The position numbers and the translations under genes are program-made. Of a stretch of DNA of 24,950 nt, positions 10,398-18,798 are shown piece by piece. Position 1 is the first letter of the stretch; the number at the start of each line of letters is the position of its first letter. Source of the DNA: Candidatus Hydrothermarchaeales archaeon. GTDB taxonomy: Archaea; Hydrothermarchaeota; Hydrothermarchaeia; Hydrothermarchaeales; SZUA-236. The notes under the pieces were generated by a model that saw only the letters and a program-made list of their open reading frames with translations, was not told the origin of the DNA and did not search any database. The DNA lies in NCBI GenBank assembly GCA_036446635.1, contig JAZFTJ010000033.1:1-24950 (forward strand), read 5' to 3'.

Positions 10398-12912
10398 CTT
10401 CCTCCACTTTCCTCATCGGTAGTTTAATGATAAAGGTTGCTCCCCCATCTACAACGCTCGTCACATCGATGTTGCCCCCATGCCCGTCAACGATTTGTTT
10501 ACAGATCACTAAACCCAAACCAATCCCTTTTGCCTTGGTGGTAAAGAGTGGTTCGAAGATCTTCTCTATATTCTCCTTCGGAATCCCTTTGCCGGTGTCC
10601 TCAAACTCTATCTCCACGGAGTTGCCCTTACTCTTGGTTCTGATAATCAATTTACCTCCATCGGGCATCGCATGAACAGCGTTTGAAATCATATTCAAGA
10701 ACACCCGCTGTAATTGTTCTTCATCTACCCTCATCAAGGGTAAATCGGTCAGATAAGTTTCCACTTTAACATCCTCATGTACCGATACCCGGGCCAATGT
10801 ATCCTTAATTATCGCATTGATGTTGGCTTCTCCAAAAGTGGGTTCTATCCCCCGTGAAAAGTCCAACAGGTCGGTGATGATTTTGTTGGAGGTATTTAGT
10901 TCCTTTTCTAGGATATTCAGGTGCTTCTTCACCTTTTCATCTTTTTCACCCAGGGTCATGTTTAGATAGTAGCCCACATTCTTGATCACTCCAAGGGGAT
11001 TTCTCAACTCGTGGCCAACACTCGCTGCCAGTTGCCCTATAGAAGCCAGCCTCTCTGACTTGACCAGTTGCTCTTGCGATTTTCTCAACTCCTCCATCTT
11101 ACTTTCAACTTCAGTACTGTAATATTTTAGAGACCGAATGGTCTCGTCCACTTCGGTGAACCCAACTCTAGCTATGAGCAAGGCTATGAACATGCCTACC
11201 GCCCAGAGCAACGTTACATACTCATTTGTTGTGAAACTAAAGTTCTGCAAAAATCTGATCTTGTAAAGAATCCCGAACCTCCCAACACCTTCGAGAAATA
11301 TGGGAAGAATGACCATAAATAGGAAGAGGCCGAAATAGTGCAGTTCTGGAATTCTAGTTGTTTGTACCGTTTTGTAGAGGGGATATAAAGTAAATATCGC
11401 CAAAAAGACGAAGACATAAAGTTGTATCCTCCCCCATATTACTAGGAGCTTTACATTCCATGGCGCTTGGGGCGGCTCCCTCTTCCCTTGCAGAGTTAAT
11501 GTCGCATCGTCGATGCCTTGAAGCACGGCACCGAGGTTTTCGATCGAGGGATTTCTCTTGGCATCTACAAATCTCTTTCTAATGGCCATGTAAAGTTCTG
11601 GGTCTTCGTCGGCAACTACCTCTCTGATCGCATTGAAAATCGCCAGTGCATGATCGACCTCTGAAAGTGCCAATCCAGGTTCCCCGCGCCCCATATATAT
11701 CTTAGCGGTTAATAGATAATCGCGGGTTAGCGCCAGTTGTGTTATTTCTTCCGAACCAATTCCCCCAAATTCTATGGTTCGCGCCAGCATGCTTATGCTG
11801 TGCCCCTGACCAAAACCCTCGTTGGCGGATCCATGAGAATCATCATTTACTGCTATGCTGAAACGATAGGTCTTACTGATATCGAACTGGACATCGTCTT
11901 CGTGCCCAGTCTGTAATTTTCTTTTAAATTCTAAATGCCACTTCCCGTCATAATAAACCCCTTTGGCGCTTATGTCTCTAGCACTTCCTGTCGGTTTTTC
12001 GGAGATGTATGCGGGCACTTTAAAGCCGATCGGAATACCTCTCCCATCGTTAAGTTTTGTCAGATTCGAAAATTCCACGGCCTCATCCCTAAAGATCTCC
12101 TCCATCGTGATGTGTTTCGCATCTTCGTCCCATACGCCAGGTTCATAATATCTCGGCCCGATGAAATTGCCTCTCTCATCGGCAATCGCGTTCTTTCTCT
12201 CCTCTACATAGTCCCCCGATGTTTCATCTAGCTTGTGTGAATGCCATGTCTTCTCGATCATAGAAGTCCTAGAAAAACCAGAATATATCTTCTCCCCGAT
12301 AACCACAGTATCGTCTAGGAATCCATCCTGCATATAGCCAGAGGGGTTGCCTTTCTCCGCCTTCCATTTCCAGTAATCAAGGCTTTCCTCCAGGGTATTG
12401 GTATGCATCCTATTTGCATGGCAAGTAATGGCGCATCCAGCTATATCGAAGCCCTCAACCGAGCCCCTTATGTTCCAGAAGATTGTGAACATATCCTCGG
12501 TATCTTTATTTGGGGGGTTCCAAGCAGTGCCATTATATCTCCAGAATAAAGCATCACTTTGGGTTGGATCCGGCCATATGATATATATATACACATAGTC
12601 ACGATCATATAATGCCTTCATCTCCACATCTACATCCCCGACCTTTCCATCCATCACTGGGATGAGCATTGTCTTTGTCTCATTCCACGAAGACTCCTTT
12701 GCCCGCCCGTCTATGATTATCGCTTCGTTTGTTTTCACCGCGCTTAATATCGTACTATATTCTTCTTCTGCCGCTGTAAGCGTTCCATTTACTATAAGTG
12801 CACTACCAATAAACACTACTATCAAAATGAGCGCCGCTTTTTGTTGTTCTTTGTTCATCCAGCTCACTTTTCTCCATTTTCGGTATTTCATATCTACATT
12901 TGGACCCCACAA
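10378..12912 (-). CDS. sensor histidine kinase with extracellular DOMON/CBM9-like domain bearing a CX3CH heme-c-type motif
   Basis: N-terminal TM segment (AALILIVVFIGSALIV). An extracellular domain of ~450 aa opens with IIIDGRAKESSWNETK (the IDG..DE..W hallmark of CBM9/DOMON/EB_dh-like heme domains). It contains GCAITCHANRMH (C-x3-C-H). Hydrophobic TM segments follow (YVFVFLAIFTLY, FLFMVILPIFL, LWAVGMFIALLIA). The H-box is SVGHELRNPLG. The HATPase_c domain is DTGKGI...GIGLGLVICKQIVDGHGGNIDVTSVVDGGATF. The alternative starts at Met8 and Met19 were not resolved. Confidence 0.85.
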   Translation of the reverse strand: MWGPNVDMKYRKWRKVSWMNKEQQKAALILIVVFIGSALIVNGTLTAAEEEYSTILSAVKTNEAIIIDGRAKESSWNETKTMLIPVMDGKVGDVDVEMKALYDRDYVYIYIIWPDPTQSDALFWRYNGTAWNPPNKDTEDMFTIFWNIRGSVEGFDIAGCAITCHANRMHTNTLEESLDYWKWKAEKGNPSGYMQDGFLDDTVVIGEKIYSGFSRTSMIEKTWHSHKLDETSGDYVEERKNAIADERGNFIGPRYYEPGVWDEDAKHITMEEIFRDEAVEFSNLTKLNDGRGIPIGFKVPAYISEKPTGSARDISAKGVYYDGKWHLEFKRKLQTGHEDDVQFDISKTYRFSIAVNDDSHGSANEGFGQGHSISMLARTIEFGGIGSEEITQLALTRDYLLTAKIYMGRGEPGLALSEVDHALAIFNAIREVVADEDPELYMAIRKRFVDAKRNPSIENLGAVLQGIDDATLTLQGKREPPQAPWNVKLLVIWGRIQLYVFVFLAIFTLYPLYKTVQTTRIPELHYFGLFLFMVILPIFLEGVGRFGILYKIRFLQNFSFTTNEYVTLLWAVGMFIALLIARVGFTEVDETIRSLKYYSTEVESKMEELRKSQEQLVKSERLASIGQLAASVGHELRNPLGVIKNVGYYLNMTLGEKDEKVKKHLNILEKELNTSNKIITDLLDFSRGIEPTFGEANINAIIKDTLARVSVHEDVKVETYLTDLPLMRVDEEQLQRVFLNMISNAVHAMPDGGKLIIRTKSKGNSVEIEFEDTGKGIPKENIEKIFEPLFTTKAKGIGLGLVICKQIVDGHGGNIDVTSVVDGGATFIIKLPMRKVEEDEGKEN

Positions 12913-13197
12913 CCTATACCTATTACGCCTATGAACTTAAAATAAGGTGTTTACACTTCCTCTTATCATGGAGCGCCCCTCGCACATACATATTTTCATT
13001 TTTTCATGTAAACAAAGGCTATTCTATTATATGATCCTTTGATCTCTCCTCCAAACCTCTTTTCTCTCCATTGATTGGAATTATACGTATTATACTTATA
13101 ATTTTTTCAAAACTTTCATTTCGTCCAGAAGGAAAGAATTCTTTTTTATGAAAATTATATAAAGAAGCACTGCCAATTTTTCGTAAGGTGAAAATCA
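12913..13197. promoter_or_regulatory. divergent intergenic promoter region (TCS operon leftward, stomatin rightward)
   Basis: 285-bp AT-rich non-coding gap between divergently oriented genes. Several TATA-like runs are present. No single promoter element could be pinned down from the sequence. Confidence 0.3.
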
Positions 13198-13968
13198 ATG
13201 CCGATAGGGACTTATATTGCCATACTCGTAATTTTGGTGATCTTGATACTTCTTCATATGTCGATATGGGTATTCAAAGAGTACGAGCGCGGGGTTCTCT
13301 TTAGGTTGGGGAGGTTGAAAGGTGCAAGAGGACCGGGCTTAGTCTTTATAATACCCTTTATAGATAATATCTTCATGGTAGATCTGAGGGTATTTACAGA
13401 AAATGTCTCGGCCCAAGACGTTATCACCAAAGACAATGTAACGGCCAGAGTCGATGCCGTTTTATACTTCTATGTAGTAGATCCGGTGAAATCCAAAGTA
13501 GAGGTGGAGGACTACTTGGCATCTACCACGCTGATATCTCAGACGACTTTGAGGGGCGTTATCGGACAGCATGAGTTGGATGAGCTGCTCGCGGAGAGGG
13601 ATAAGATCAATTATACTCTTCAAAAGATTATAGATTCACATACAGAACCCTGGGGAGTGAAGGTATCAGCCGTTGAGATCAAGGACGTCGAGCTTCCAGA
13701 AACTATGAAGAGGGCCATGGCAAGACAAGCCGAGGCAGAGAGGGAGAGAAGGGCAAAGGTGATAAACGCCCTAGGGGAATTCCAAGCGTCAGAAAAACTC
13801 GCGCAAGCAGCAGAGATCATTGGACCCCATCCAATGGCGCTCCAATTGAGATATCTGCAATCCCTAGTCGAGGTCTCATCAGAACAGAGCTCAGCGATCA
13901 TATTCCCGGTGCCGATAGACCTGTTCACACCGTTCTTGGAAGCAAATAAGCGTAAGAAAAAGGAGTGA
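13198..13968 (+). CDS. SPFH/band-7 (stomatin-like) membrane protein
   Basis: N-terminal TM helix. VFKEYERGVLFRLGRL...GPGLVFIIPFIDNIFMVDLRV...TKDNV matches the stomatin/prohibitin core. A C-terminal coiled coil is present. Confidence 0.85.
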   Translation: MPIGTYIAILVILVILILLHMSIWVFKEYERGVLFRLGRLKGARGPGLVFIIPFIDNIFMVDLRVFTENVSAQDVITKDNVTARVDAVLYFYVVDPVKSKVEVEDYLASTTLISQTTLRGVIGQHELDELLAERDKINYTLQKIIDSHTEPWGVKVSAVEIKDVELPETMKRAMARQAEAERERRAKVINALGEFQASEKLAQAAEIIGPHPMALQLRYLQSLVEVSSEQSSAIIFPVPIDLFTPFLEANKRKKKE

Positions 13969-14205
13969 TGCCCCGCTTCTTTGAGTTTTTGATTCGATGC
14001 AAATTTTATGTTCTCTCCCTTCTAAAATTGTTTTTCCTATTTTAAACTATTCTGATTTTTTGACTGTCCTGGCGAAGCTTTTGGAGATGAATTGCCAACT
14101 TAAAGAGAGGGGATTAAATAATTTTAAAAGACGGTTCAGTGCAGTACTCATGCTAGTAAATCATATATAAGAGTATGAAAGAGTATGTGCTAAAATAATT
14201 ATGGA

Positions 14206-15717
14206 GTGAAATCCGTGCAAGAAGAGGAGAGGAGAAGAATCTCACTGTTGCTAATAGCCGCATTTGTTGTAGCAACGATTGCATTTGTAATCATAACACC
14301 GGGATTCAGTATATTAGAGCGGTTTACGGGTTTGGGAAAGGCAGCCCCAACCACCACTGATGGGGCTAATTATGTCGGTTCATTAAGATGTAAGGAATGC
14401 CATGAAGGAACATACGCCGGTTGGAAAACAACATTGCATCCACATATGGTCCAAGAACTTGGTGAAAATGTCGTCCTTGGCGATTTCATGGAGAACAACA
14501 GAATTTCATTTAAGGATAAGACCACCACGATGTCAACAAAGGACGGAGAATATTATATAACCACCACCGGCTCTGATGGCGAAGAGCACACCTATGAAGT
14601 GCTCTATACCATCGGTAGTGCCTGGAAGCAGAGATATCTTACGAAGTTTGACAACGGAGAATTCCATATACTCCCTGTTCAATGGAATATTAGGGAGCAA
14701 AAGTGGCAGGACTATAAAGGTCTGGAAAAATACGGCTACGACGATCCCAAAAATTATTGGAGCAGTAAAGGGAGGATCTGGCAGTATAAATGTGCTGGTT
14801 GTCACACCACAGGTTTCCAAATAAACTACGATGAAGCCACGGATACCTATGCCTCAACTTGGATAGATAACGGAGTCGGGTGTGAAGCTTGCCACGGACC
14901 GGGAAGCAACCACATATTGGCTGATACTGCCTACAAGACAGATACGATCGTAAACCCAGCCAAAATCCCTCAAACAGATATAGGGGTCATGATCTGTGGA
15001 TCATGTCATTCCGATGGCAGCTCAGCCGTCGATAAAAGATATGGCTACCCGGTTGGATATAAGCCAGGTATGAACTTGATACCCCTGTACGATCCTGTTA
15101 CTCCTGAGAAGGATACTCCGAAGCATTTTTGGCCTAGTGGAGACTCCAGAAAACACGGTCAACAGTATCTAGACTGGAAGACGAGCGAGCACGCAAGGGC
15201 AGGGATAGCATGCTGGGACTGCCATACCCTGCATTCTCAAGGCGAGGGCAAGTTCCAGACAAAACTAGCAGGTACATCGCTGTGCAAGGCATGCCACGGT
15301 GAACCTAGGAGGGTTCCAGGCCTCGCTGGGTTGACCCACACCATCATGGACTTCGGAAACTGTGTCCGCTGCCACATGCCCCTGACAGCAAAAAGCATGA
15401 ATCCGGGGGATATTAGCAGCCATAGGTTCAAGGTCATTAAACCAGAGGCCAGCATAAAACTCCTCCTTGACAAAGCCGCACAGAAGGATGAAACGGTCCT
15501 GGGCTTCTACGGCCTCGAGGCCAAAGATGTAGAAGGCCTTAACAAGACCGAAGTGGAAGAGTTGCTCAAGAACAAGGCCCTAGAAGCTATGCACGCAGGA
15601 AAAAGCATGGAGGACCTGCTCTGGAATGTGCAGCCAAACTCATGCAACGCATGTCACAACCACGTTTCACCGTGGATACTTCAAGAATACCTCGAACCTC
15701 CGCGTCTGCATGATTAA
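14206..15717 (+). CDS. octaheme c-type cytochrome, membrane-anchored/secreted
   Basis: GTG start. N-terminal hydrophobic anchor (LLLIAAFVVATIAFVII). Eight canonical CxxCH motifs were counted directly: CKECH, CAGCH, CEACH, CGSCH, CWDCH, CKACH, CVRCH, CNACH. Confidence 0.9.
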   Translation: MKSVQEEERRRISLLLIAAFVVATIAFVIITPGFSILERFTGLGKAAPTTTDGANYVGSLRCKECHEGTYAGWKTTLHPHMVQELGENVVLGDFMENNRISFKDKTTTMSTKDGEYYITTTGSDGEEHTYEVLYTIGSAWKQRYLTKFDNGEFHILPVQWNIREQKWQDYKGLEKYGYDDPKNYWSSKGRIWQYKCAGCHTTGFQINYDEATDTYASTWIDNGVGCEACHGPGSNHILADTAYKTDTIVNPAKIPQTDIGVMICGSCHSDGSSAVDKRYGYPVGYKPGMNLIPLYDPVTPEKDTPKHFWPSGDSRKHGQQYLDWKTSEHARAGIACWDCHTLHSQGEGKFQTKLAGTSLCKACHGEPRRVPGLAGLTHTIMDFGNCVRCHMPLTAKSMNPGDISSHRFKVIKPEASIKLLLDKAAQKDETVLGFYGLEAKDVEGLNKTEVEELLKNKALEAMHAGKSMEDLLWNVQPNSCNACHNHVSPWILQEYLEPPRLHD

Positions 15718-15744
15718 TAAAATTCTACAAGGAGAACAGGACCA

Positions 15745-16308
15745 ATGAGAAAGACGCTAAAGGGAGGGATTCTAATACTCCTCATTTTAGGCTTCATATC
15801 TCTGAGCCATGTCGTGGAGGCTCAGGAAGTCCAGCAGAGGGACATGGAGAAATACAGGAGTGAGAGGTGGAAGAGCCCCCTACCCCCTGAGGCTAAGACG
15901 AGGTATAAGCTTGCATACACATTTGAATATGCGAACAGAACCTATCAAGAGTCCCCCCATGGTAAAGCGGCCGCCCTCGGAAAAGAGGGGGTCCCGACTT
16001 GTACGGATTGTCACGGCATGGTGGACTGGATGTATTTCCTTCCACAGAGCAATCCAAATTCGCCCATCAATCCCAAGAATAGACCTGATATATGCGCGAG
16101 GGATGATTGTCATGGTGTTAAATTGACCAATGCCGGCAAGGGATCGATGCATGGAAGTGATATATACTCTCTAGGCCCAACCTCCGTGAATGGGCTGATA
16201 AACTTCTTCTACAAAATACTTATCTCTGCAGTGATAGGATTCTTCGTATTCTTTGAGATTTTGGACTTCACAAGAAAGCATGGTAAGAGTAGAAAAGGGG
16301 GCGTGTGA
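15745..16308 (+). CDS. dihaem c-type cytochrome with C-terminal membrane anchor
   Basis: N-terminal signal-like segment (ILILLILGFISLSHVVEA). Heme motifs are CTDCH (CxxCH) and CARDDCH (Cx4CH). A C-terminal TM helix is present (ILISAVIGFFVFFEILDF). Confidence 0.75.
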   Translation: MRKTLKGGILILLILGFISLSHVVEAQEVQQRDMEKYRSERWKSPLPPEAKTRYKLAYTFEYANRTYQESPHGKAAALGKEGVPTCTDCHGMVDWMYFLPQSNPNSPINPKNRPDICARDDCHGVKLTNAGKGSMHGSDIYSLGPTSVNGLINFFYKILISAVIGFFVFFEILDFTRKHGKSRKGGV

Positions 16309-16309
16309 A

Positions 16310-16984
16310 ATGGCCGAAGAGGAATTCTTAAGATTCACCGTCTTTCAGAGGATACAACACATCCTTTTGACCCTATCCTTTTTCGTATTGGTATTGACAG
16401 GATTCCCCCTGAAATATGCCCATACCTCGTGGGCACGAAGCATAGTTGATGTGCTTGGGGGCCCTGATAAGAGGGGATTATATCATCGGATTGCTGCAGT
16501 AGTATTCATCGGCACTGGTCTTATACACGTGATATACTATACCCTGATCGACATAGGAAAGAAAGACATAATGCCGAAGAGGAAAGATTTCGACGATGCT
16601 ATGCAACACATCAGATACAATTTAAGGATGACTGAGGAAATGCCGAAAATGGGACGCTATACTTGGGACCAAAAGTTCGATTACTGGGCCGGAGCTGTCG
16701 GTTCTCTCATAGTAGTTGTAACAGGGGCTATGATGTGGTTCACGTTCGATATGACATTGAAGGTACTGCCGCTACAGTTTGTCAATTATGCCCGGCTGAT
16801 ACATGGGTGGGAGGCGATCCTGGCGTTTTCTTCTGTTATAATAATACATCTATATGCGGTGATTCTGAATCCAGACGTATTTCCAATGGCAAAGCATTGG
16901 ATAACTGGGACTCTGACTAGGGAGCAAATGGAGCACGAGCATCCCTTGGAGTTGGAAGAACTGATAAAGAAAGAAGAGACATAG
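16310..16984 (+). CDS. membrane b-type cytochrome (Ni/Fe-hydrogenase/FdnI-type cytochrome b family)
   Basis: The ATG lies 2 nt after the upstream stop; the tracked ORF start at 16253 overlaps the previous gene. RIQHILLTLSFFVLVLTGFPLKYAH, followed by further TM helices with conserved His (IAAVVFIGTGLIHVIYY; AILAFSSVIIIHLYAVIL), is typical of di-heme cytochrome b membrane anchors. Confidence 0.75.
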   Translation: MAEEEFLRFTVFQRIQHILLTLSFFVLVLTGFPLKYAHTSWARSIVDVLGGPDKRGLYHRIAAVVFIGTGLIHVIYYTLIDIGKKDIMPKRKDFDDAMQHIRYNLRMTEEMPKMGRYTWDQKFDYWAGAVGSLIVVVTGAMMWFTFDMTLKVLPLQFVNYARLIHGWEAILAFSSVIIIHLYAVILNPDVFPMAKHWITGTLTREQMEHEHPLELEELIKKEET

Positions 16985-17595
16985 ACCTCATCACTTCTGA
17001 TATGTCAACTGTCCCCAACTGAAGTTGCGGACGTGTGCCGAGGAATGATAAGCATGCTACAAGCATTCAATACCGATCCCGTCATGCACACGAACCCCCC
17101 CCGGTTGACCGCCAGGAAGCTGAGCGATGGCGCCAGCCCTGATGGCGATGTTGACAGAGGTGTTTCTGTTGGAATTCGTTATGTTTTCCGTACTGAGGCA
17201 TTTGAAAGTTGCCCCACCTCTTTTTCTCCATCCTTCTACACGCCATGTCTTGCTCCCTCCTCACCTTTTTGCCCTTCCAGTCGACCGGAAAATATATTCT
17301 GCTAGAGTTCCCACTCGGCATTGAAGTTTTCTATATCACCTTATATCCAAGCATCTCTATTTTCATGGGCTTCTCTACAAGTTTTTCTTTTCTTATACAG
17401 ATCATTGTAGATGAAAGAGAAGGCAAAAGTTATTCTGGATTAATTATACACCACAGCCTATAACATTAAAAGTCCGTCGGATTGCCCAATCAAGGAAAGG
17501 AGGCTCTACTACACCCCCAAGATACGTCGTTTTTTCCAGGTCGTATTGGAGGTCGACCTTCTTGACATCTCCTTCTTTCAATCTTTAACTCAGGA

Positions 17596-17872
17596 GGATA
17601 TAACATGCTTATTGGTTTGCCGATAATATCCTCAGCATCATAGCCAAAAATCTCCTCCGCCCCTCGGCTCTAACCAGTAATTATCCTCTCGGCATCTGTA
17701 ATGATAATGGAGTCAGTGGAGCCCTCGAAGAGACTTTTAAGTAGGTTCTCTGTTCCTCTTAGTTCAAATCCTTTTACCTTTTGCTATGATCCTGAGGAAC
17801 GACCATTCAACTCTTCTGTATCATTTTGCCCCATAAGAATCGCCCAAACTTACTTGGTCTCCGCGGATTTCT
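17596..17872 (-). pseudogene. decayed fragment homologous to the N-terminal PAS region of the HK at 7738..7991
   Basis: The nucleotide stretch is visibly alignable to 7738-8005 (e.g. ggtttgccgataatatcctc; ataagaatcgcccaaa), with indels. No intact ORF spans it. Confidence 0.6.
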
Positions 17873-18222
17873 TCAAAACCCGGTTACGGTATCTAGCAAT
17901 TCTTCTCTGCTGAATGGTTTATCAATTTGGGCATCTGCCTTGGAATATTCAAAGCTCTTTATCTTGGAGTCATCACTAGTCCTCACGGTGAACATCACAA
18001 CAGCTATATGGCGTGTTTCATCGCCTTCTTTTATCTTCCTGCCTACCTCCCAGCCGTCAATCTTACGCATCATGATGTCCAAAAGCACAAGGTCAGGCTT
18101 CTCTTTCATTAGCCTCTCGAGACACTCTTTGCCACCACCACTTCATAATTCTCTCGCTCAAGCATCATCTTAGTAGTAAATATTATGTCTGGCTCGTCAT
18201 CCACGAGCATTATCTTGGTCAT
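17873..18222 (-). pseudogene. frameshifted duplicate of the response regulator at 8007..8405
   Basis: The 78-aa ORF (17873..18109) is closely similar in protein sequence to the C-terminal two-thirds of the 8007..8405 RR. The upstream part aligns at nucleotide level (ctctttgcca...ccaccacttcata; gtcatccacgagcattatcttgg) but lacks a 10-bp segment present in the intact copy (ctcttggcca). This breaks the frame. Confidence 0.7.
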
Positions 18223-18521
18223 AAATCTCTCCTCATACTCTATCTTCTATGATATTAATATGTAGTTTATGTTTTGGTAGGTATTTAATTGTACCGATAT
18301 AGTGTTTGTGATGGCCTTTGTGTAAGAGAACACTCAAGTGAAAACACCGTAGTCGTGCATTAAGGAAAAACAGAAATATCCGACGTTTATTTACACAGAA
18401 TTTAAAAAGTGGCAAAATCATGTATAAGCAAAGCTTACCACAAATTTAAATACAATAAAAAACGAGATCATACAACCGTAATAGAGGTTATAACAAAAGA
18501 ATACAGCAAGGGAGAAATAGG

Positions 18522-18590
18522 ATGAAGATCAGAAAGCTGAAAAAGAAAATAAGATACGGAACATGCAAATGCTCCAAGAGCTGCATGTAG
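18522..18590 (+). CDS. candidate small Cys-rich peptide (22 aa), possible RiPP precursor
   Basis: Manual translation gives MKIRKLKKKIRYGTCKCSKSCM then TAG. It has a highly basic N-terminal half and a C-terminal C-x-C-x3-C cluster. A GGGAG lies ~8 nt upstream of the ATG. The ORF is below the 60-aa cutoff of the ORF track. It sits 200 nt upstream of, and on the same strand as, an RRE-rSAM-SPASM enzyme. Confidence 0.35.
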   Translation: MKIRKLKKKIRYGTCKCSKSCM

Positions 18591-18660
18591 AATACGAACA
18601 GAAAACGCACAGGATGGAGGGCGTATAGAGCCCTGAAGATTAAATAGCACTATATTTAAA

Positions 18661-18798
18661 ATGTTATCGAAGGAACTTAGAAACCGAATCTGTTCAAAAT
18701 GCGAATTTTACACGGAGGGGGATGAATTAGAGTGCCACGCATTCAAAGTAGCTAAAAAGCTGGTCTCAGAAGGGAAGATAACTTTGGATGAGTTGTGA
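18661..18798 (+). CDS. candidate small peptide (45 aa) with a CxxC...CH motif, translationally coupled to the rSAM enzyme
   Basis: Manual translation gives MLSKELRNRICSKCEFYTEGDELECHAFKVAKKLVSEGKITLDEL then TGA. The TGA (18796-18798) shares its A with the ATG (18798-18800) of the rSAM gene. Confidence 0.4.
   Translation: MLSKELRNRICSKCEFYTEGDELECHAFKVAKKLVSEGKITLDEL

Noticed and set aside
15809-16152. Overlapping alternative-frame ORFs (105 aa plus-strand, 90 aa minus-strand) inside the dihaem cytochrome gene
   Set aside because: The 15745..16308 frame carries the signal peptide, heme motifs and TM anchor. The alternatives have none of these.
16663-16920. 85-aa plus-strand ORF in a second frame of the cytochrome b gene
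   Set aside because: The cytochrome b frame has conserved TM and His pattern. This frame is Cys/Gly-rich noise.
17033-17463. Cluster of 65-90-aa ORFs on both strands (17033..17305, 17082..17321, 17127..17324, 17209..17463)
   Set aside because: Mutually overlapping, P/R/S-rich, no start context or motifs. Treated as a non-coding or degraded region; see the finding on 16985..17595.
18233-18650. Minus-strand ORFs 18233..18421 and 18468..18650
   Set aside because: AT-rich intergenic or promoter sequence upstream of the peptide/rSAM locus. The second would overlap the better-supported 22-aa peptide ORF on the opposite strand. No motifs.
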